A DNA stretch of 64,000 nucleotides from Trichoplax adhaerens (taxonomy: Eukaryota > Animalia > Placozoa). The first letter of the stretch is position 1; every line of letters starts with the position of its first letter. The DNA lies in assembly GCF_000150275.1 (NCBI RefSeq), contig NW_002060946.1:3863454-3927453 (forward strand), written 5' to 3'. Made by a program: the position numbers and the translations under genes. The notes below the pieces were generated by a model. It was not told the origin of the DNA. It ran no database searches and saw nothing but the letters and a program-made list of their open reading frames with translations. This document shows positions 55,398 through 64,000 of the stretch, piece after piece.

Positions 55398-58300
55398 TTA
55401 GCTATCTGCGTTGAATAGATCTTTCCTTTGATAGAAGAGTAGGTAAGCGCAACGATCTTCTGCGTATTTCATAACCTGAGCGAATAAAAAGATACATATA
55501 TTGGCATTTCGTTAACGACTCGAGGAAATGAAGCACTAGGTTTCGTTAAATAACAAGCTGAAATAGCTTGACTCGTTGGTAATAAATTGCAGTGTTATGA
55601 GCATGAAAGATTTGACGATATGGTCATGTGTGGAGATGTAAAACGTACCTCTTTATCTGATATAGTTTTAGCCATAGTATCATCGTGTCGAATCCAGCGT
55701 TTAAAGCTTGCATGATAAGCATCACAAGTGTAATGGCCACCGGCCGCTCGCAGACCATGATGGAAGACAACTACAACAATTGTAACTATTGTTAATTTCT
55801 TCAATTCTCCAACATTAAGACTTTAAAAATAAATTTTAGACAACTTTTCTATCAAGTAGCAAGCATGCAGTATCAAAAATATATTAATTTTGATATTGAG
55901 ATCAGTGCCATCAATTCTCATACCCGAAATTAACCGATAAGACCTATACATTTCCGACCTTTGCTTACATTCTCTGGATAAAAGTTCTACATAACAACAA
56001 TCAAGGAAATTCATTGCCAAACATAGCTAAAAGTCACAATTTTATAACAACTGAATAGTTACCTTTATCGATTTCCAACTGTAAGTCGTAATTTACATCT
56101 TTTGTAAGTTTCTGGCAAATTCCATGATCAAATATGAAACGCTTTAAATGAAGAATTAGGATTTTAGGAAGACGTTCAAAAGACATTTTCTTTGTTGCTT
56201 CGACCTGAGGTTGATTAAGTAAAATAAAGATAAATTACCGAGTAATCAACATAAAATTGTTTCCCGTGTTGTCTACTAAGACATAAGTTAATAATGAAAA
56301 TAAATTTTAAAAATTTCTATAACCTTTGTTTTCTTTCCATCATTGCCAGAAATATAATGTTCTACTTGTTCAGATCCCATTGACTTCTTAATTGCATCCT
56401 TAATATGGCTTATTTCAGAATCCTTTGTGTAGGAAAATTGATAATAATGTTAAAGTAAAATTGTTTATGTAATGTCATATAAAGAACTTGAAAGTTTATC
56501 TAAGTAATAAATTCTTGTAGGTCATACATGGATGTCTAGTTGTAGCGTAAAGAAAGGCTGAGAAGTATTGGATTGTTTTTCGTTAGTATATTTTATGGAT
56601 GACCGTATCTCTCCGCCAAAAGTTTCACTAATCAATGAATGATTCTGAGCAATCTAAACAAATAACAGAAAAATAAGTGTAATTGACATAATGAAAGGAC
56701 TAAGAAGTAATACTATTTAAGTATGAAATTTATTTAATTACCGTTCTACTAATTGCGCTCTTTTTCTTTGATAATGCCTGTTGCCATTCACCATCGCCAG
56801 AATTGATATTATCTATATCATTTTCACACGATGCTTGATCAGAGGCAGACGATTTTTCAGGTGATATTGATACTATTTCCTCGTGCAAGTTATCTAACAT
56901 GCAACCAAGGAACTCTTCCGCATCTTCTTGTCTCTCCCCTTTTGCCATGGAAGGTCTTAGAATAGCTAACATTTCATATATACATTGAGGCTCGAAAGGG
57001 TTATCAAATCGAACTTCCTTGCCAGCTTTTAACAATTTTCCGAAAGTCTTTTCGTATTCCTGACGTTCCAGCAAGTCGAACTGGTTTACAAAAGCTGCCA
57101 TACCATTAATTGCTGGTGTCCGACAGTCACCAATTGTCTGTTGAAGTGTTGGAAAAGAGCCAATCTTTCTTAAGGCTCTGTGTATAGGTGAACAAACTAG
57201 TAATGATTGTAAAGTCGAATTGATAAAGCAGAAACTCGCTTTGTTGGTTAATCCTCGAGGCTTGAAAGGCATAAAATTAAAATTTAATGTCTCCTGAAAT
57301 ATTCTTGCTAGCGCAGAAAGATCATTTTCGCTATTTTGAACAGGAAAATTTATTTCATTAGCGGGACTTTGATCATTTTCAGGTATCGTCTGATGCTCCT
57401 TAGGCTGTTTTGGTAGATTTTTTTTTAGAATATTGGCAAAAGTCAGAGTAACTTTGTGATCAATTTGTTTCTCAGTAGTACAATCCGCCGGACTATCGTC
57501 ACAGCTACTCTGAGTATCGTTTAGTTTACAATCGTGACCTATTTTACCGAAAAGAAAGGAATCATTTTATAAGTAAACGGGCAATTAATATCAATTTTAA
57601 ACCTAGCTATTGCATATTTATTGGCGATGATGATTGCATGAAAGTTCTACAATTTCATAATCGTATTCTTAAGCAAATATTAACGTTGGATCAATGAATT
57701 GATAGCGTGATAACAATATTACCATCCGTCTCTGCAGTATTTATAGGTGCATTTGATGAAGACAAGTTAGCATTTTCTGGCGTCGGCTGAACTTTATTAG
57801 AGCATGCTTCTTTAGCCTTGAGTAAGATATGTAGTTTATCCGATCCACAGTCATAGCCTGTAGAAAAAGTTTCAAAATAAAGTTGATGCGTTTGTAACAT
57901 TTATCTAAAACATGCATATAGGCCTTTTAATAGAATACGAACATGCTAAAAATTGAATACATCAGTGCTAGAGTGACAGTATGTGTTAACCTAATTCCAT
58001 CATATCGTTCATATTTCAGCTAACATTAAGCATATAATCATTATTTCAAGTGTCGCTTTAAATCGATATCGCACGGTTAGTAGCGCACATAAAAAACATT
58101 CGTCTAAACATTTAATCATTGCATACAGTATAATACGTACAAAATCAATGATTGTGCAAGAGGAGCAATCATTTGATCTATAATTCTGAGATTTACAATT
58201 CATAGTGTTACATTACTACTTAAATTACCTTCCAATTGTTGCTTATCATACACATCTTTTAGATCCCACAGAAACTAATAGTTTAGAGGGCAAACAATGC

Positions 58301-60284
58301 AAGAATATCATAATCACATTATCCATTGAATGGTATGTATTTTATCATTTATAAGGATACAATGCCAAATAAAACGTTATATTCATTCGATAAGAGATGT
58401 ATTTAAGGTAAATTATCCATTATACTGATGGTAAAGTGTAGCGTAAGAAACATTATAGCGAAGGCAATCGTACTTTCTATGCACGCAGACTATAATGTTT
58501 AGTATCACTTTGTAAGTAGTCAAGGTAAGTATCATAAAATGAAAAATAGATCCCTTGTATATAGAAAAATCAGATAAAAGTGTTAAACGATAATAGCTAT
58601 TTCTTACCAATGCAGCAGAGCAAGATTTTAGCTTGCCATCTATAAAGAATTTTGAATTATCGGCTATTGTAAAACTTCCGAATGTTATATCCTAGTTAAC
58701 ATAACCAATGATGAAATTAAATGATTATAATTATATTATCGACAATACTGTACCGTTGATAGAATGCTAGACGTAATTATACAGTAGGTATCCGTTTATG
58801 ATAATTGAATACATTCCAAACTAAAATTTTAACAACTCCATTTCTGTATCCAATAATGTACTATCAGTTATTTCCTATACTTTAAAAGGTATTAAACTGG
58901 TATTCTATCCTGTAACGGTAACAAACTGACAAATAAGAATTATAAAGCTTTTATCCAAAATTTAAGATGACTCGAGAAAAGATTTCTAATTATTGTGGTC
59001 AATTTTTTACTATCTCTAGGCGTACACTGTGATGAATTACTATATACTAAACGTGTATCTAGTAGTTTATGGTAGAGTATACCTAGGCTAATATTTATAA
59101 ATGATAATCTGTATTCAGGTAACCCGTAAGCAAGGTAGTGATACGTTAGAATGTAGTGCTAATACGAAGCGTCATCGTGTATATACTGTTGCTCAATTTG
59201 CAAAATAATATGTTATGAATACAGTACATCAATATATGTTATATACATACGAGTATATGTGTTTACTGTTAATGTTCTATACCATATGTACACGTCTACT
59301 GTATGTAACTGGCAGTCAATTAGAAGGGAAGGCAATCTTGCAATTGTGACTTCCAAGCGACTACGTGATTAGTAGGCATTTGACAGTATATCAACTACTG
59401 CATGTAAAATTCTAAAGTCTACAGGGTATAGTTAACTATAAGAGAAGTAAAATATACACAAGTGCTATATAATGTGTTCACTATTGTACAATCATGAAAC
59501 TTTTAATGAGCACTATACTTTACCCTACAACGCGACTGCTTCATACTTTACTCTTACTATATTTACTTTAGCATCAAAATTGTAGCTATTTTGTATTTAC
59601 TATTATAAGAAATTGAAATTCACAAATATTCTGCTTTACGAACTACGTTGACCATTATACTCTGCTTGATGATCATTCAATATGATAAAAAATCTGGTGA
59701 TATCCAATAAGGATTTACATTGATTGCTTAGGCTAGGCCTAAGTTATAGACAATGCTTCATTGACAGCATCCATAGTGAGAAGGATAGAGTCTTGGCTAT
59801 AAAGTTAACTGTATGGTCTTAGCTCATTCAACCAAGATTGTTATTTACATGGTATCCTATTAGGCATTCTCTTTTTCTTTCTTTTTTTTTTTGAATTATT
59901 CAATACTGTCACAGATTACTGTAATTTAGTCAGACATGACAATATCAATATTAATCTACTGTCGATTCATATCCCTAGCTTACGGTAGTGACAAGTGAAA
60001 TGCATGGCTAATCCTTGAAACAACTTATTCTTGTCTACTGTCCAATGCAAATTCGGATGGTAGAAATAACGTACAAGTAGAAGAGTACGCATCTAAATGC
60101 AGCCACTACAACGATAGAATATAATTCTACTCCATTTTAATGGAATATAACCAATAGTCGCTAGAAAATAACTGGACTAGATCCATTTTAATACAAGGTT
60201 GATGGAACACGATCGTTCCTTGGACCAAGTCATTACCTGCACTTGACTGCAATTCATCTTGACAATAACGTCCTGTGTATTCAT
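55398..60284 (-). CDS. USP10: ubiquitin carboxyl-terminal hydrolase 10
   Basis: Cys box PRGLTNKASFCFINSTLQSLLVCSP, RQEDAEEFL, QPFFTLQLDI, LPKILILHLKRF, His box VVFHHGLRAAGGHYTCD, AYLLFY; stop at 55400-55398. First coding exon 60284 (or 60257)-60237 (...MNCSQVQ|gtaatg) splices to DITFGSF (exon ~58691-58608). The start codon is uncertain. Confidence 0.88.
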
Positions 60285-60708
60285 GGACGTCTCTATTTCT
60301 CTTCTATTTGAAAGGGGCAACGATAAGACTAAATTTGAACAAGAAAATCTTCTTCTAGCGTGAATTTGTCACTTGAAAGTGGAATAACACCATTGGTAAA
60401 TTGCTTTTCTTCGTTTGGCGATAGCAGAATTGGAGGAAAAATGCTCTCACCGTCCTAACATAGAGACACACAAAGGAGAAGAGACAATGAAAACAACGCA
60501 TGCGTCAGCCCGCTGCCTTTTCCAGTAGCCAGTTAAAAGTGAGTATTACAGAATGCGTCAATCTTGAAAAACGTCGAGTGATATTTTTGCCAGCGTCTCA
60601 TACGGTCCTACCAGCGGCATACATTTCCTCTTAAATATTTGACACTGTGAGTCTGTTTGGCTTTTGCCATGAAATTTTATCTGTACGCGTCCCTAAATAG
60701 GAGTCAAT

Positions 60709-61818
60709 CAGGTCGAGTCAGTCTCATTCGTAGCGACTTTTCGTTTTATCTGAATCTGACCTGCAGGTCGAGTCAGTCTCATTCGTAGTGACTTTTCGTT
60801 TTATCTGAATCTGACTTGCAGGTCAAGTCAGTCTCATTCGTAGTGACTTTTCGTTTTATCTGAATCTGACCTGCAGGTCGAGTCAGTCTCATTCGTAGTG
60901 ACTTTTCCTTGTATCTGAATCTCACCTGCAGGTCAAGTCAGTCTCATTCGTAGTGACTTTTCGTTTTGTCTGAATCTGACCTGCAGGTCGAGTCAGTCTC
61001 ATTCGTAGTGACTTTTCGTTTTATCTGAATCTGACCTGCAGGTCGAGTCAGTCTCATTTGTAGTGACTTTTCCCTGCATCTGAATCTCACCTGCAGGTCA
61101 AGTCAGTCTCATTCGTAGTGACTTTTCGTTTTATCTGAATCTCACCTGCAGGTCGAGTCAGTCTCATTCGTAGTGACTTTTCCTTGTATCTGGATCTGAC
61201 CTGCAGGTCGAGTCAGTCTCATTCGTAGTGACTTTTCCTTGTATCTGAATCTGACCTGCAGGTCAAGTCAGTCTCATTTGCAGTGACTTTTCCTTGTATC
61301 TGAATCTGACCTGCAGGTCAAGTCAGTCTCATTTGCAGTGACTTTTCGTTGTATCTGGATCTGACCTGCAGGTCGAGTCAGTCTCATTTGCAGTGACTTT
61401 CGTTGTATCTGAATCTGACCTGCAGGTCAAGTCAGTCTCATTTGCAGTGACTTTTCCTTGTATCTGAATCTCACCTGCAGGTCGAGTCAGTCTCATTTGC
61501 AGTGACTTTTCGTTGTATCTGGATCTGACCTGCAGGTCAAGTCAGTCTCATTTGCAGTGACTTTCGTTGTATCTGAATCTGACCTGCAGGTCAAGTCAGT
61601 CTCATTTGCAGTGACTTTTCCTTGTATCTAAATCTCACCTGCAGGTCGAGTCAGTCTCATTTGCAGTGACTTTTCGTTGTATCTGGATCTGACCTGCAGG
61701 TCGAGTCAGCCTCATTCGTTGTGACTTTTCCTTGTATCTGAATCTGACCTGCAGGTCAAGTCAGTCTCATTTGCAGTGACTTTTCGTTGTATCTGAATCT
61801 CACCTGCAGGTCAAGTCA
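60709..61818. repeat. 55-bp minisatellite, ~20 copies
   Basis: Unit caggtc(g/a)agtcagtctcatt(cgt/tgc)agtgacttttc(g/c)tt(t/g)tatctgaatct(g/c)acctg; consecutive copies start at 60709 and 60764; two 54-bp variants occur. Confidence 0.97.
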
Positions 61819-62520
61819 ATTGGTCCCATACATTCTTGCCTGCAGTATAGAACTCGTGTTGAATATTGAAGGAGTTCTATATAGCAGTACAGTGAGAGGT
61901 TGCAGCTGCTGGCTGAGATAGATGCATTATTGGAGATTAGAATGAGGCTTAGGAGCCCAATATATTAGTTGGATAATCTCCATTGATAGTATAGAAGCAA
62001 AATGGAAAGGAAAAGAAGTAGCTGCATAGCTACGTTTAGTTTATTTTCGTATTCTTCAACCATCTTCCACTAAACAACAACATCATGAGCAGTTGGCTGC
62101 AAGCCATTGACGGTAGTAATCTATACTATGCATTGGTCTATAAGTTCCAATGGAGTATGATACACAGTGCACTGAGTGCAGTAGATTGCAATGGAGCTAT
62201 AAAAGTTTACTGTATTCGACTTTATGCATAGCATAAGAGTGAAATCAAGAAAGAAAGAAAGCAATTTTTGCACGAGTTAGTAATTTATTTCTCTCCAATC
62301 CAGGGTACTGCAGTAGAATCAAGTTGATCCGCTCCCCGTGTCACAGTACAATCCACAGTGTACTGTACAGTACAGTACGGTACAGTACAGCTTCTTCTAG
62401 CAGTACTGTACAGTACAACAACATCGCTTGGATACTATCTGATGATTTTCTACAAGCGGCTAACAACCAACATTTTGCAGATTCCATTCTCTAATATCAA
62501 CTACCATTAAACCGATTATC

Positions 62521-63208
62521 ATGTAAGTGCTCTTTCCTATCAATACTGGACAGTATATTCTACTTGCTGATGCAAAACAACAAGAATTCAATTATATGTA
62601 ACACATACAGTATACACAAGATGAAAAATTGATTGCTGACGCTAAAGTCCAAGTCATTCCTGTCCATTTTTTGCAGGTCGATCAGGTATCGAGGTCCTCG
62701 GGCTTTAGTCGCCTTCCTACGTCCATTTCATCACAGTTATGGGCTCAATAGTAACATGCCTAGGAATACATCAACAAAACAAACTGTTAATAAAGAAGAT
62801 TTCATTCGATATTTAGCATGTCCCTTAAGCAAGGATAAATTAAGGTAATACATGCTGTAAAATGTTGCTGCAGTCAATACGAGAGATCTCGATCTCCTTT
62901 CGCTTGTGTTATTTAATACAACATCATTGCTGTATTTTAAGATGAATACGGCAAGGACCTGTAATGCTATTTCGATATATGTATTTTCTTACCGGATATG
63001 AGCTTAAATGTAGGGACATTATACCTCCTGTATTTAATTAATGCTATCATTGATATATTTTCTACTATTTAGGTTAAATGATGATAAAACAGAGTTAATC
63101 TCTGATAAATTAAACGTTGCTTATCCTATTGTGGACGGAATACCAGATTTAATACCTCATCATGGTAGAATAAGGAGTAATAATGAAAATGAATCACGGT
63201 CCACCTAA
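62521..63208 (+). CDS. PYURF: PYURF/PreY, mitochondrial Trm112-like protein
   Basis: Exons 62521-62522 (AT|gtaagt), 62677-62844 and 63073-63208 give MSIRYRGPRALVAFLRPF...FIRYLACPLSKDKLRLNDDKTELISDKLNVAYPIVDGIPDLIPHHGR, matching the recalled LVCPLSKKPLR...ELINEELGIAYPIIDGIPNMIP. The start exon is less certain than the domain. Confidence 0.88.
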
Positions 63209-64000
63209 ATCAAGCCAACAGCAGCCGGTGAAACTAATCACTAGCTATTCAAATAACCGCTATTCATTCTATCTACATCTTGTTCGTCTATTGTATGTCT
63301 ATACATTATAAGCTTTAGGCATATTGCTTCGTAAAAAACTGTTGTCACTACGCGAGAGTATATCTTACTGTATTATACGACTATTGTTGATTTTGCATGC
63401 AGACTATGATACCTTCTATAATAATTCAATTGCAACAAAATTACATTATGAATTATATCTCTAGACGTATTATATGTAAATTGACGTAAGCTCAGTGTAC
63501 TGTACATTAGTTAATTATTACAAAGTTATAGTCACGCAGACTATATCTTACTGTACTGTATTATTGACTTTACTCAGATTAGGATACACTCATTGATAAT
63601 ATAACCTGATTGCAGCCAAATGCATTACAAATTTAATCTCACGCCTAGATGTAAGTCTTTCATACAATCATATAAATGTCTAATTACGATAGGTAACATA
63701 ATTACTAGGTGCTACGACTACACATTTTAGAAAAGTTTTTAAACTTACTAAGTAATATAGATGATCGATCACATGTTAACCGCTATTTATTCACGGTGAT
63801 AATTGACTATCAAAGCCTGATGAGTCATGCAACCCTGTCAATTTTTAAACTTTTAACTTTGGATTACGTAAAAGCCACTTCAACTTTCAACATGCAACGC
63901 AGCGGCTTGTAGGATTCATACAGTTTACAATTGAATGTATGCAGTATCTTAAAAATTTATATTACAACAATGCTATCAAATATAATCTGATGCCTTTCTT

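Noticed and set aside
60709-61818. CRISPR-like array (also considered for 12585-13640)
   Set aside because: Units are contiguous near-identical repeats with no unique spacers, there are no cas genes, and the context is eukaryotic and spliced.
63209-64000. PIGY ORF downstream of PYURF (bicistronic in vertebrates)
   Set aside because: I found no ~70-aa two-TM ORF ending in an FRHN-like motif in the available 3' sequence; it could lie beyond the window or be absent.

Overview
AT-rich eukaryotic genomic DNA with compact, multi-exon GT-AG genes. The gene content is metazoan and the style resembles a placozoan such as Trichoplax (taxon is inference only). By manual splicing I rebuilt 12 protein-coding genes: the 5' part of an unidentified membrane or secreted protein (-, leaves the window), ABHD4/5 (+), PGLS (-), a C16orf87/UPF0547 homologue (-), alanine aminotransferase GPT/GPT2 (-), a PXYLP1-like acid phosphatase (+), the Rieske protein UQCRFS1 (-), ZC3H18-like (+), the eIF2-alpha kinase HRI/EIF2AK1 (-), DDX28-like helicase (+), USP10 (-) and PYURF (+). 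Non-coding structure is notable. TACTGTAC/CAGTA-rich clusters mark most gene 5' ends, and every recent tandem duplication or minisatellite lies at a gene 5' end. One of these is a four-fold duplication of the DDX28 promoter plus its presequence-coding segment, which creates uORFs. There are also two arrays with trimeric higher-order structure, a Tc1/mariner-like MITE and several short palindromic elements. Protein-level oddities are a ZC3H18 without its CCCH finger, an HRI lacking the mammalian heme-ligand motifs, and a PYURF start codon apparently split by an intron. All homology calls come from recalled motifs, not database searches.
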